Of a DNA stretch of 64,000 bases, positions 1 to 13,560 are shown piece after piece. A program made the position numbers and the translations under genes. The notes below the pieces were generated by a model. The model had not been told where the DNA came from. It searched no databases and saw only the letters and a program-made list of their open reading frames with translations. The stretch is from contig NIVC01000929.1 in the NCBI GenBank assembly GCA_002269645.1, forward strand, positions 24,717 through 88,716, given 5' to 3'. Positions within the stretch are counted from its first letter, which is position 1. Each line of letters starts with the position of its first letter. Origin of the DNA: Macrostomum lignano (taxonomy: Eukaryota).

Positions 1-1
1 C

Positions 2-242
2 TACCCGGATGTGCAGCAGCGCGAGGCCATCAGCGCCGCCACTGGCCTGCCGGAGGACCGGGTGCAGGTCTGGTTTCAGAATCGGCGCGCCAAATGGCGC
101 CGAGCCGAGAAGACGTGGGGCGCCGGGGCGCCGGCCATGGCTGAATTCGGGCTGTACGGCGCCATGGTGCGCCACTCGCTGGTGCTGCCGCCAGCCGGGA
201 CCGACTGGAAGGGGACTGCGGCTGCGGTGGGCTGTCAGCCAG
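2..242 (+). CDS. Vsx: Vsx/Chx10 (ceh-10-like) paired-like homeobox, internal exon (homeodomain C-terminal part plus CVC domain)
   Basis: The frame from nt 2 reads YPDVQQRE...[21 protein letters not shown]...[14 protein letters not shown], i.e. helix 3 followed by the CVC motif diagnostic of Vsx. A CAG|GTAAGT donor follows 242. Upstream exons lie outside the window; the downstream exon was not found. Confidence 0.88.
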
Positions 243-1176
243 GTAAGTGAGGATGAGCAATATGTGCAAGTGGGCGATTTCAGGTGTGTATAGGAGGTGA
301 GAGACAGATATGGGTCGCATCTCTGATAACAGAGATGCGACTGTATTTTGGATCCAAATTTGGATTTAGCAGTGTCGATTTCGGATACTACAATTCAAGT
401 AAGAGATGGACTGTGGTAGAGACCCAATTAAGAGACATGTTATTCTGCGATTGCAAGCTTCTTGGGCTTCTAAACTTATCAAAGTAAGTTCAGCTGCCTT
501 TATTTTTATAAAATAGCTTAGGTATTCTTCTTTGCTACTGAACTGAAAGTAGAAAGCTGTTTTGCTAAGTATATATAGCAATCTGCTAAAAATCAAGCCT
601 TTCGACCATAGACGTCGTTCAGAAACCTCTCGTCCGACTGCTAAGCTCGTGAAGCCAAAAGTTCACTAGCAGCTACCAGTATACCAAATAGCAGTTAGCA
701 GTGCTTCATGAAATTGGTCCCAGTCTACGTCCAGAGGCCACTGACTGAACTTTGACGTTGTCAGCGACGGAGTGGGTTTATAAATTTTTTTTTTACCAGT
801 TTTTGGCTCACTGTCCTCTACAGCAAGAATAAGGAGTGACACTTGTTCGCAAACCGCATTGTTTTTAAAGGACCAACTATTTGGCGACAGCACCAAGTGG
901 CAGACGCATCGACCAGCACTTTGGACAATAACTCGGACGGATTCGAGGCAGGTGGTGACGCCCACGACACAGCTGACCACTAATGCGACTAACACGAGAT
1001 AATCAGACAATAATTGTGCAATACGACAGCCCACTTGACTTGCAGTTGCTAAGAGCTGCGAGTGTTCGTTACTCACAAAATAAACACACGACTTAAGACT
1101 TCAGTGTATTCCAGATCTGATCAATTAAGCAAGTCATTCATTCGTGCTTCATCCTTGGCTTGGGCAATGAGGCTGG

Positions 1177-2190
1177 AGATGGGGAATCGAATGAAGAGTA
1201 TGAATGGGCAATCAAAAGGCAAGGAGTCTGGATGGGAAATCGAATGACGAGTCTGGATGGAGAATCGAATGACGAGTCTGGATGGGGAATCGAATGAAGA
1301 GTATGAATGGGCAATCAAAAGGCAAGGAGTCTGGATGGGAAATCGAATGACGAGTCTGGATGGAGAATCGAATGACGAGTCTGGATGGGGAATCGAATGA
1401 CGAGTCTGGATGGGGAATCGAAGGGCGAGTCTGGATGGGGAATCGAATGACGAGTCTGGATGGGGAATCGAATGGCGAGGAGTCTTGGTGGGTAATCGAA
1501 TGAAGGAGAGTCTGGATGGGGAATTGAATGGCGAGGAGTCTTGGTTGGTAATCGAATGAAGAGGAGTCTGGATGGGGAATCGAATGGCGAGGAGTCTGGA
1601 TGGGGAATCGAAGGGCGAGGAGTCTGGATGGGGAATCGAATGACGAGTCTGGATGGAGAATCGAATGACGAGTCTGGATGGGAAATCGAATGACGAGTCT
1701 GGATGGAGAATCGAATGACGAGTCTGGATGGGGAATCGAATGACGAGTCTGGATGGAGAATCGAATGACGAGTCTGGATGGGGAATCGAATGACGAGTCT
1801 GGATGGGGAATCGAATGACGAGTCTGGATGGGGAATCGAAGGGCGAGTCTGGATGGGGAATCGAATGACGAGTCTGGATGGGGAATCGAAGGGCGAGTCT
1901 GGATGGGGAATCGAATGACGAGTCTGGATGGGGAATCGAAGGGCGAGTCTGGATGGGGAATCGAATGACGAGTCTGGATGGGGAATCGAATGACGAGGAG
2001 TCTTGGTGGGTAATCGAATGAAGGAGAGTCTGGATGGGGAATTGAATGGCGAGGAGTCTTGGTTGGTAATCGAATGAAGAGGAGTCTGGATGGGGAATCG
2101 AATGGCGAGGAGTCTGGATGGGGAATGGAATGAAGAGTCTGGATGGGGAATCGAAGGGCGAAGAGTCTGGATGGGGATTCGAAGGGCGAT
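1177..2190. repeat. ~25-bp tandem satellite (GAGTCTGGATGGGGAATCGAATGAC and variants)
   Basis: Directly visible array of roughly 40 units. It explains the spurious 341/369-aa minus-strand ORFs. Confidence 0.95.
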
Positions 2191-2982
2191 TCTTCAAAGG
2201 GAAAAACGAAATAAAGAATAAACGAAGCAAGCGCCATTTAATTTCAGTTTAACGGCACACTGGAAACAGCAGCAGCAGTTAAACTTGGTGTACAACTGAA
2301 GCAGGAACAATAGCCTCATTAATATTGTATTTCTGTTGTAAAACCAAGGTTTAATAATGGAAGAGTGCTCATGAGTGTATAGGTAGTGACAGAAGTAATG
2401 TGAAAATTTAGTGAGCTAAATAGTGAACAATCAAACACACAGAACAGGCACTGCCTCTGGACGCATTGGCACTGCAAAATCAGCTTTGAAAAATATCCAG
2501 TAAAACAAGTTGCGCGAATTCGAATGACCCAAACAAGCTCATTAACAGCTTACTACTCTCGAGAGTAGCCAAAATAGCATTTAAATAGTCTTTGTGCGTA
2601 AACAGAAAAACTCGATTACAATTATCTAGCACCAATTGGAGCGAGTCGAGAGCAAATATAAAAAAGCAATAAATAACTTGCACAAACTTCTCCAGCATTT
2701 ATTGAGTATCAGGTGAAATAAAACTTTTAAAATTTTATGCAAAAATGCCCTACAAAATAACAGCAATAGGAGCTGCTCGGTAAGCCTAAACTGTAAAAGA
2801 AACAGATATACACAAATAGATAAAAAATGGCTTCAAAGGAGCATTTTAATTGCTGTTTAAAATATTTCCGGTCGGAACTTGAAGAGCTAAAAACTTTCTG
2901 AGAGTTACAAGCCAAAAACATGCATTTTTAATGATTGATCTTACCACTCAGCTCAGCATCTCAAGTCACTCGTAGTTACGTA

Positions 2983-5900
2983 TTAAACGTTAACGGGTGA
3001 CGCGTCCGATTCTTCCTGCGACTTGGAGCCGCCACCGCAGTCGCAGGACCGGCAGAAGATGACAAAACCAAGCGCCACCAGGGCCAGGCCCAGCACAGAG
3101 CCGGCCGAGGCTGCCGCAATTTCGCTGCGCGTTGGCGGGAAATCTCGGTACACCACTGCGGGATGTGGGCGCACAGGGATTCGCTGGTGCTACTGGTTCT
3201 GGATTGCTAATCCCCTTGTTCTGGATTGCTAATCCCCTGGTTCTGGACTGCTAATCCCTGGTTCTGGATTGCTAATCCCTGGTTCTGGATTGCTAATCCC
3301 CTGGTTCTGGATTGCTAATCCCCTGGTTCTGGATTGCTAATCCCCTTGTTCTGGACTGCTAATCCCTGGTTCTGGATTGCTAATCCACTACTTCTGGATT
3401 GCTAATCCCCTGGTTCTGGATTGCTAATCCACTGCTTCTGGATTGCTAATCCCTGGTTCTGGATTGCTAATCCCTGGTTCTGGATTGCTAATCCCTGGTT
3501 CTGGACTGCTAATCCCTGGTTCTGGATTGCTAATCCCTGGTTCTGGATTGCTAATCCCCTGGTTCTGGATTGCTAATCCCCTGGTTCTGGATTGCTAATC
3601 CCCTTGTTCTGGATTGCTAATCCCCTGGTTCTGGACTGCTAATCCCTGGTTCTGGATTGCTAATCCCCTGGTTCTGGATTGCTAATCCACTACTTCTGGA
3701 TTGCTAATCCCCTGGTTCTGGATTGCTAATCCACTGCTTCTGGATTGCTAATCCCTGGTTCTGGATTGCTAATCCCTGGTTCTGGATTGCTAATCCCCTG
3801 GTTCTGGATTGCTTATCCCTGGTTCTGGACTGCTAATCCCTGGTTCTGGACTGCTAATCCCCTGGTTCTGGACTGCTAATCCCTGGTTCTGGATTGCTAA
3901 TCCCCTGGTTCTGGATTGCTAATCCCTGGTTCTGGATTGCTAATCCCTGGTTCTGGACTGCTAATCCCCTGGTTCTGGATTGCTAATCCCCTGGTTCTTG
4001 ACTGCCAATCCCTGTTTCTGGATTGCTAATCCCTAGTTCTGGATTGCTAATCCCTGGTTCTGGATTGCTAATCCCCTGGTTCTGGATTGCTAATCCATTA
4101 CTTCTGGATTGCTAATCCCTGGTTCTGGATTGCTAATCCCCTTGTTCTGGATTGCTAATCCCCTGGTTCTGGACTGCTAATCCACTACTTCTGGATTGCT
4201 AATCCCCTGGTTCTGGATTGCTAATCCATTACTTCTGGATTGCTAATCCCCTAGTTCTGGATTGCTAATCCACTGCTTCTGGATTGCTAATCCCTGGTTC
4301 TGGATTGCTAATCCCCTGGTTCTGGATTGCTAATCCCCTGGTTCTGGATTGCTAATCCCCTGGTTCTGGATTGCTAATCCCTGGTTCTGGACTGCTAATC
4401 CCCTGGTTCTGGACTGCTAATCCCCTGGTTCTGGACTGCTAATCCCTGGTTCTGGATTGCTAATCCCCTGGTTCTGGATTGCTAATCCCTGGTTCTGGAT
4501 TGCTAATCCATTACTTCTGGACTGCTAATCCCCTGGTTCTGGATTGCTAATCCCTGGTTCTGGACTGCTAATCCCCTGGTTCTGTATTGCTAATCCCCTG
4601 GTTCTTGACTGCCAATCCCTGTTTCTGGATTGCTAATCCCTGGTTCTGGATTGCTAATCCCTGGTTCTGGACTGCTAATCCCCTGGTTCTGGATTGCTAA
4701 TCCCCTGGTTCTGGACTGCTAATCCCCTGGTTCTGGATTGCTAATCCCCTGGTTCTGGATTGCTAATCCCCTGGTTCTGGATTGCTAATCCCCTGGTTCT
4801 GGATTGCCGAGCCCAGCCAGAGGTTCAGCGCGCAACTCACTTGGACAGTGAACAAACAGCTCCATCAGATCGGACTCAGTCTGACAATAAAACCGAGTCC
4901 TGCCATCCAGTGCCAGCTGGGAGCAATTATCCATCCGGACGGTGACTTCGGTCCAGGTGATCCAACTAACCGAATCGTTGGCCGAGGAGGCCCGACAGCC
5001 AGCGTCGCAGTGGCCGACCCGGGTGTCCGAAACAGACTCCAACAGGAGGTCCGGCGACTGGAGAGCCTCGACGTCGAACGACAGGCCGGAAGGCGGCAGC
5101 CCAATTCGATCCAAGCGTTGGAAGCCGACGCGAACCGGCGGCCGGCGGGAGGCGGCGGAGACCGCGGCGCCGCAGCTGGTCCTGCAGGTGAGGGTCAGGC
5201 CGTCCGACCGGCCGAGGCGGAGGGGGGAGCGGCGGCTGCCGCTGCTGCTGTTAGACCGAGGACCCACCTTGGAGGGAGCACCGGTAACCTCGGCCGAGGC
5301 CGTGGAGGCAGCCACGAATGACTCAACTCGGCGGGGCGGAGCTGTGGTGGCGTCGGGGTCCAAACTCAGGATGCCAAATTGAAAACCAGGATTTTAGCTG
5401 GCTACCCCTTAATACTGCTAAGCCTCTGAACCACAGAAGCAACAAGTTACAGCAGACTCCATGTTTACAGACTAGAATTTGCACACCTAGTTAACGCTTG
5501 ATTTTTGTGTGACAGATGCCCAATACATGACAACACTTATATTTGTACCCAAACTGCATACAGAAACTGTTGCGCATTCAAGACGATTGAGAAGCGCTTG
5601 TAAAACGATTTTACGACGATTGTCAATCATCCCAATCGATTGTCAATCATCTCTATCGATTGTAAATCATCTCTATCGATTGTCAATCATCTCTATCGAT
5701 TGTCAATCATCTCTATCGATTGTAAATCATCCCTTTCCATTGTCAATCATCCCAATCGATTGTCAATCATCTCTATCGATTGTAAATCATCCCTTTCCAT
5801 TATCAACCATCTCTATCGATTGTAAATCTTCTTTATCGATTGTCAATCATCTCTATCGATTGTAAATCATCCCTTTCCATTATCAACCATCTCTATCGAT

Positions 5901-6744
5901 TGTAAATCTTCTTTATCGATTGTCAATCATCCCTATCAATTGCAAATCATCTCTATCGATTGTAAATCATCCCTTTCCATTATCAATCATCTCTATCGAT
6001 TGTAAATCATCCCTTTCCATTATCAATCATCTCTATCGATTGTAAATCTTCTTTATCGATTGTCAATCATCTCTATTAACTTTAAATCATCCCTATTCAT
6101 TGTCAATCATCTCTATTAATTGTAAATCGTCCCTATCCATTGTCAATCATCTCTATTAACTTTAAATCATCCCTATCCATTGTCAATCATCCCTATCGAT
6201 TGTTAATCACTCAAAAGCTTGAAAAACAATTGAAATAAAGGCTACGTTTTTGTCGAATCTGTGAAATGGCACTTGGCACGACTTGAATTTTTTTTATAAA
6301 TGAGTAAATTTTCAGAAGCAAACTCACCAGTAGCATTGAGTAATACATTGAAGGCAGCATTGACAGAGTGGCAGGAATATTCGGCCAGGTCAGACCAAGT
6401 CACATGATTGATTCGCATAATAAACACAGTGGAGTTCTTTGGAGCATCATTCATAACAAAGGTATGCTTGTTTGACTTTGAATACGAGATTCCATTTTCG
6501 GCTAATATAGTGTTACCTTTGCTCCACATCACAGCAAATATGCGTGTTGTAGTGCTATTGTCTATCATAGTGACCCGGCACTCAATTTCAACAAATGGAT
6601 CATTTAAACAGACAGAATCAGTTAATATTTTAGCTGATAGAGTGAAGTTTCCCAGGCGATCTAAAGCAGAGGATCCCAAAGTGATTGGGGCAGCAGGAGG
6701 ATATATGCTGCCAGTAGAAAGCAGCAATTCATAAGAAACATTGG
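2983..6744 (-). CDS. Ig-superfamily type I transmembrane protein, 3' exons: complement(join(2983..3155,4841..5341,6328..6744))
   Basis: Exon 6328-6744 has a V-like Ig signature (EIEC..VMWSKG..MRINHV..DLAEYSC). Exon 4841-5341 is Cys-containing and Ig-like (LTLTC). The last exon has a TM helix (SVLGLALVALGFVIFC) and a short tail. All junctions are phase 1 GT/AG (CTG|GTGAGT, CAA|GTGAGT, cccgcag|). The internal exons are 417 and 501 nt, both multiples of 3. The signal-peptide exon was not found, and the 5341 acceptor is the least certain boundary. Confidence 0.72.
3194..4806. repeat. 21-22-bp tandem satellite (CTGGTTCTGGATTGCTAATCC[C]) filling an intron of the Ig gene
   Basis: Directly visible array of about 75 units. 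Confidence 0.95.
5618..6205. repeat. 20-bp tandem satellite (TGTCAATCATCTCTATCGAT variants), intronic
   Basis: Directly visible array of about 29 units with alternating variants. Confidence 0.93.
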
Positions 6745-8038
6745 CTGGAATGAAAAAAACATTAAATACATATTTTTTGATCTAATTAATACACAATTAA
6801 AGTGGTGTACTTATAACCAATTGTCTTGCTTGCTTGAATTTTTATCTAGTATACACATTTTATAAACCAAAATGTTTTAAAAAGCATTTCTTTGATTTGA
6901 AAAGTTTTGTTTTTTGTTAGATAATTCATATCTTGAATTTTCAGTCAAAACTAGGCTAAGTTGCATGGCCAATGCAATTTCAAAATAGCAAATTAGCAAT
7001 ATTGCTTTAGCCTACAATAACAAAATATGCATTCAGCATCATAGGATGCACCTCAAGGCCAGGTTGCAAATGAATGCCAAGCCACTATTATAAATATAAG
7101 AATGATAGGCCTAGTGCTCACAATTGCTATACTTATATGATAAACTATTTATAAACTATAGTGACAAAATATTTTTATTATATAGGCATATAAGCCCACA
7201 ATTCTAAGATCCGAATATTGGACTAGCCCTATTAGAAAAAGTTGCAAAATGGCAGGCAGATGTCCAGTGCATTTTCAAAATGACCCTGTGGCACAGAGCA
7301 ATTTTGAGATGGCGCTTGGCTTAGCGCAGGGCAGCGTAGCATAATGCAACACTTGGCAAGATACTTGGAATCTATGTCAAAAGGCCATACACAGAATGGC
7401 TTGAATGTCAAAAGTTGGCAAAGTTATTTGGTATGCTCCACTTAGCAGTGCTATATTGTTGGTATGCCACCATTGCCAGAGCAATGCAGAGTGTCTAAAG
7501 GGTACCAGTCATTTTGGCAAAGTCATTTTGGCAAAAGGCCATTTATCCAAATGTATTTTTAAAAAGTCATTTCATCAAAATGCTTACTAATACATGCAAA
7601 ATGATACAAGTTAAGTTTGTTATGAAACAAACATTTTCTTAGTGACAGATAAAATTCAAATGTTGTTAATTTGGGGAATTTTTTAGTAATATTATATACA
7701 ACAAGTGTGTGCAACAAGTATGCAAACTTTAAAGTGACATGAGTGACAATCAATTGCATTGGTGCGCAATCAGTTGGTATGTACACACTGCACTCTTAAA
7801 ACTTGCTGAATCATTCAATCAACTGGCATAAAATTCTGTGCCAATTTCACCCAGTGTATGGCTAATGGCTGACCTTGAGAGTGTTACTAAAAATAGATGT
7901 CACTTAGTGTAGACATATACAATTTGATTAAGAATTCTAAAACAGCCAGCATATACAATGTGCCAACAAAATGCTTAAAATGCTAGGTCACCATTGCTAT
8001 CTCACTACCGCTCAACTATTAACCGATCCAATCCTGAA

Positions 8039-8655
8039 ATGGAGTCACAGTGCCCAATCTGCTCATGTAAAGTAACTGCATGTCAGTTTGCACTTCAATG
8101 TGACAAATGCCAGCAATGGTATCACCTAAGGTGTAACACAGGCATGTCTGACAGAAGGTACCGCAATCTTATGGCATCAGATGAAGACTTTGAATAGAAG
8201 TGCTGCAGCTGCATTGCATCAGGAGTAGTTGAGGAGGTTGTTGTTGAGCAGGTCACCAAAGCAACAGCATTAGTAGCAGCTGAGGTTGTTGTCAAGCAGG
8301 TCACCGAAGCAGCAGCATTGGTAGCAGCTAAGGTCGCCAAAGCACTACCTGCAGTAGTAGTTGTTCCAGGGCAAGGCAGTGGCCATGTCTTCATAGAAAT
8401 GGCACATGTCTCTATCACAGAAGAGGATGGCTTCAATTTGGAGGAAGACATCCAGCTGCCATTTCTAGTAGCAGCTGTCTATGTCAGCTACCCATAGCTT
8501 GTCAAGGTTTCTGTGGAGGAGAAGCCAGGATTCAAGGTACTGGAGGAGTCTTCAATGAGGAAGAAGGCCACCTTGGTTGTTGACAATAAGTTCACCTTTG
8601 TGAAGTCCAGGCATTACAACAACAAGGCAACTGGAGAGCACATAGTATATGCTCT
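8039..8655 (+). pseudogene. PHD finger plus FLYWCH-like zinc finger pseudogene, probably from a Mutator-like transposon
   Basis: CPIC..LQCDKCQQWYHLRC...FE*KCCSC is a PHD finger with a stop where the Trp is expected. The same frame continues past a second TAG to FKVLEESSMRKKATLVVDNKFTFVK, which resembles a FLYWCH N-terminus. Degenerate CATTTTGGCAAA repeats occur at ~7505-7590 and inverted at ~8980-9030. Confidence 0.62.
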
Positions 8656-11149
8656 CTATTATAAGTATTCTTATAATGTTACATAGCTTTTATTTGATCT
8701 TGCATTGCTCTGTTATACAATAGTGATTGTGTGTTTTGTTTGTGTTGTTTGTTACTATGACTTACTTGAAATGTATAGTCTAATTTTCAAGGTTCTTCAT
8801 TTTTACCTAATTATTAAACCATTAATTTAGTATTACACTAAATATTTTTTTATAAATCAAAGTTAAGTTCTTTTGCCTTTACAGTTTACACATTTTTTTA
8901 TATTCAAAAAACCACAAATAACAATTGATAAACAAATAGTTAATACACTATAATTATATAGTGCCTTCTAAACGTGGTGAAAACTTTTTGCCAAAATGAT
9001 CATCTAAATGATCTATCTAAAAAGATCATTTGTTATTGCAATGCCTCTTGGGCACTTTGAATTTTAAAATGTTCAATTTATTTTTAAAACTTTGCATAGG
9101 CCAGGGCCCAAAATTAGTACAATATATAATCAGGCACAAGGCCAGAAAAAAAGTTGAGAAGGTGGAGCCTTACTTCCTCAAGTTCACAACCTAACCTTGA
9201 CAACTTCAACAATGCAAAATTTTTAGCTTATGCCTAATTGTGTAGGGCCTAGTTTTAAGATTTTACAAATACAAGTGAATTGTGACTGACCATGCTGGCA
9301 TGACTAATAAAATTTTGACGATATGAAGTTTTGAGCTTGTGAAATGTCGATCTTTTGTCGTTTTGAAGTTTACTGACTTAGACTGTAAAATTGAATCAGT
9401 CATGCAGCATGCCCCTGCCAGGAGCCAACAGCCAATAGTCCATGGATGTTATTAAAGCTGCGGGCTGATGACTACAGAGAATTCACTTTGTGTTTGTGCT
9501 GGTGGGGCTTACCACTGTGTAATGGACGGATATTTCGTCAAAAACCTTTTCGCCGAAAGCATTTTCGTCAAACGGCGGAAAGTAGATCTGTGTGCATGAT
9601 TTCACAGTTCAATTGAAATACATATTTCGGATACGTGACACGTGTATATGATGATCTGCAGACTCTATTAGTAATAGTCCTACTAGGCCTATATAAACTC
9701 GATTCCTCAATTTTGAGCTCGGGGGAGGGGCTTTGTTTGGCGGTTCATGGTCCTGGTGGGGGGCAGCCGTGTCACAAACACGTAGCAGAATAGGACACGT
9801 TTTTTTCGGCTTCAGAAGCGGTCAATACATGTTTTGTGTACGAAAATGTATTAGTAAGATGTATCACCCGTGACACAACGTAAGGCTCAAAAATACCTCT
9901 TCACAAGAGCCTTAACCTTTTTTTAGCCTTTTCCTTGAGAGCATTTTCCTTAAAGGCAGATAATACCCGTCGATAGGTATTTGTACCCATATTTTTATGA
10001 ATTTTAAGGCTTCCGTGTACTCGCGTGTAGAAGTTGTCACGGGTGATGTTGGTAAACTGTATAATTCAAATTCCATTCTAGCTAGCTATTAAAATAATTA
10101 GCCTGCGTCAGGATTAGCAAAAATTTAAAGGGCTAGTGACCAATGTAGCTAGTTCTAGTTTAGGAAGTTGCGCATCTTACCTAGCTATCTTATTCTTGGT
10201 CTAATCGGCTAGGCCTATGCTATGCTGTTCGACCTAAATATTAAATTTTACTACTATTGCCATTTTGTTACAGATTTATTTAGGACCTACTGTTCTACCA
10301 ATGTCAATGGCAATAGATTAAATTTAAAACTACCTAGGCAGCTAGGCCTAGTAATTTTGCATTTAGTAATACAAAGCCTACTATTTCACTGATTATTTTC
10401 TTCTATTGACTAGTAGCCCTAAATCTAAAATATTTTCTTTTCTTTTGTGTTATAACTATAAGGCCTAGCCTTTACCTTTATGTTATATTATTAAAATGTT
10501 CTTTTGACTTAATAATAGTATTAATAAGCATCTTTTTTCTTTCTTGGATGTAAAGTTAATTTGGTCTTTCTTTGATTTAATTTAATTAGCTTATATTTTA
10601 TACAATTTACTAAGGCTATAGGAATAGAAGTATTATAATATTTATATTAATTTTTTCTAACAAATATTATAAATTCTGTTTTATAAGCATCAAAAATGGA
10701 AATATAAAACAAGATAATATAGAGCACATTCTATATTGAAATATTATGCACATTTTTTAAATATTTTGATAAATAAGATTTCTCCACAAAATTAAAAAAT
10801 ATTTTAGAAATTAGATTATAAACTTAAAGCCATAAACCATAGACTAGCAACTAGTTATTTACTACCATTATAAAGTAAGTCATGATATCTATCTAGTAGT
10901 CATGACCTTTTCTTCCTCTCTAACCTCTATCTATATCCTGTTCTTCTTTCTAGACCTATTTTCTTTTTGAAAACTTTACCTCCTCTTCCTTCCAATATTA
11001 CTCCTTTCTTTATTTTAGCCCCATCATGTCTTCCCCTTGAATCCTTATTCTCTCCTCTTCACTACCTACCTTCTCTTTTCTAGTTCTTACTTTCCTCATT
11101 TCTAGCCCTTACTCTCTTCTCCTCTCCAGCCTAACCCTCCTAGCCTCAC

Positions 11150-12880
11150 CTCTTCCTCCAGCCCCACCTAAACCTCTTTGAACCTCTAGCCCCATCTTTT
11201 TTTCTTTCCAGCCCTATCCTCCTCCACTCTAGTCTCATCCTACCTTCCAGTCTTATCCTTCTTTCTAGCCTCACCCTCCTCCCTTTCAAGCCCTACCCTC
11301 CTTCCCTGCACCACCACCCTCCTTCTCTCCAGCCCTACCCTCCCTCCCTGCTACCCTGCTTTCCTTCTAGCCCTACCTTTTTCCCCTACTACCCCGCATT
11401 CCCCTCCAGCTTCCATCTTCTATCCTCTAGCCCAACCCTTCAGCCCTATCCTTCCCTCTAACCCTACCCCCTTTCCCTCCAGCCCTACCCTCCTTCTCTG
11501 CAGCACCACCCTCCTACCCTCTAGCCCCACCCTCCTTCCCTCTAGCCCACCCTCCTTCCCTCTAGCCCACCCTCCTTCCCTCTAGCCCTACCCTCCTTCC
11601 CTCTAGCCCTACCCTCCTACCCTCTAGCCCCACCCTCCTTCCCTCTAGCCCACCCTCCTTCCCTCTAGCCCACCCTCCTTCCCTCTAGCCCTACCCTCCT
11701 TCCCTCTAGCCCTACCCTCCTTTCCTCCAGCCCCACTCTCCTTCCCTCCAGCCCCACTCTCCTTCCCTCCAGCCCCACCCTCCTTCCCTCCAGCCCGACT
11801 CTCCTTCCCTCAAGCCCTGCCCTCTTCCCCTACTGCCCCACGCTCCCCTCCAGCTTCCATCCTCTTCTACCCTCTAGCCCCACCCTCTTACCCTTCAGCC
11901 CCATCCTTCCCTCTAACCCTACCCCCTTTCCCTCCAGCCCTACCCTCCTTCCCTCCAGCCCCACTCTCCTTCCCTCCATCCCCACCCTCCTTCCCTCTAG
12001 CCCTGCCCTCCTCCTCGACTTTCCACCCTCCCTTCCAGCTTCCACCCTCTCCTCCCTCCAGGACCCACCCTCCCTCCTTCTAGCCCTACCCTCCTTCCCT
12101 CCAGCCCCACTCGCCTTCCCTCTAGCCCACCCTCCTTCCCTCTAGCCCTACCCTCCTTCCCTCCAGCCCCACCCTCCTTCCCTCCAGCCCGACAATCCTT
12201 CCCTCCAGCCCCACTCTCCTTCCCTCAAGCCCCGCCCTCTTCCTCTACTGCCCACGCTCCCCTCCAGCTTCCATCCTCTTCCACCCTCTAGCCCCACCCT
12301 CTTACCCTTCCACCCCATCCTTCCCTCTAACCCTACCCCCTTTCCCTCCAGCCCCACTCGCCTTAGCTCCAGCCCCACCCTCCCTCCCTCTAGCCCTACC
12401 CTCCTCCCCTCCAGCCACACCCTCCTTCCCTCCAGCCCTGCTCTCCTTTCCTCTAGCCCCACTCTCCTTCCCTCCAGCCCTACTCTCCTTCCCTCCAGCC
12501 CCACCCTCCTTCCCTCCAGCGCTACCCTCCTTCTCTGCAGCACCACCCTCCTTCCCTCCAGCCCGACTCTCCTTCCCTCAAGCCCCGCCCTCTTCCCCTA
12601 CTGCCCCACGCTCCCCTCCAGCTTCCATCCTCTTCTACCCTCTAGCCCCACCCTCTTACCCTTTAGCCCCATCCTTCCTTCCAGCACCACCGCCTTCTTT
12701 CCCCAACCCCAACCTCTCCTCCCCTCGAGTGCTCAGCCTCTCCTCCCCTCAAGTGCTCAGCCTCTCCTCCCCTCCAGCCTCACCCTCTCCTCCCCCAGCA
12801 TGAACATCTTCGCCCCTACTGGCCCACCCTTCGCCCCTGCAGTCCCCACCCTATTCTCCTTTTCAGCCTCACCCTTTTTT
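11150..12880. repeat. Degenerate 21-bp polypyrimidine minisatellite (CCCTCCTTCCCTCCAGCCCCA), left arm
   Basis: Visible array that produces the LEGRRVG pseudo-ORFs. It becomes increasingly T-substituted toward the outer end. Confidence 0.9.
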
Positions 12881-13039
12881 CGTAGCTTTGTTAATTAAAT
12901 TTAATTATCCGTTTTAGAAGTAAAAACGAATATTTCTCCTTCCTCTCTTCAGAATCTCCTCGATGGGGAGAAAAAGATAAGGCCAAGGCAAAACCTAACA
13001 ATAGCAAACCAAGCAATGGAGACAATGCTACGGAGGGCC

Positions 13040-13560
13040 CTGCCAACAGGATGAGTACGGCTTTCTACTTCCTACCGAACAAACAGCCGCCAATCGCCAA
13101 TCAAAGAAGCGGCTGTCACTCCTGGGTTACGCCGACGACCTGGCGCTGCCCGCCTCTACGGCTGAGGGAGCCCCAGCGCATGCTAGACAGCCTGGTGGCA
13201 GCTGCGGCATCGGTCGGGCATCAACACCGAGAAGACGAGGTGATGACTGTACCCGCGGAGCTGCCTATCAAAATCACCTGCTGGGACGCCCGACGGTTGT
13301 GCAGCAGCTCTACCTCGTTGCACCCTCGCTGCGACTACCCAGCGAGACCTTCCGCAGGCGAAGACTTCAGCTGGTGGGCCACACCATCCGCGTGGAGGCC
13401 TACTGTTCTCAACCATTGAACCAGTGCAGGACGTCCTGCTGCTCACGATGCAGGGCCCCTGGCGCCGGGATTACGGCCGGGCGGGTCGCTACGCGGATTG
13501 CCTGCTGGATGACGCTGGGTGATCGGCCAGGCGCACGCTGTTGTCGCTTTCAGAGAGTTA
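13040..13560 (+). mobile_element. Frameshifted 3' fragment of a non-LTR (LINE) reverse transcriptase
   Basis: Across frames: LLGYADDLAL (RT YADD motif), MLDSLVAAAASVG, RRRRLQLVGHTIR, QDVLLLTMQGPWRR. Confidence 0.85.

Noticed and set aside
1121-2237. 341- and 369-aa minus-strand ORFs
   Set aside because: Translations of the 25-bp satellite.
3194-4806. Possible CRISPR-like array
   Set aside because: Units are head to tail with no unique spacers, there are no cas genes, and the context is eukaryotic. The same applies to the other arrays.
11830-12546. LEGRRVG-repeat ORFs (and mirror copies at 20993-21688)
   Set aside because: Translations of the 21-bp purine-rich minisatellite.
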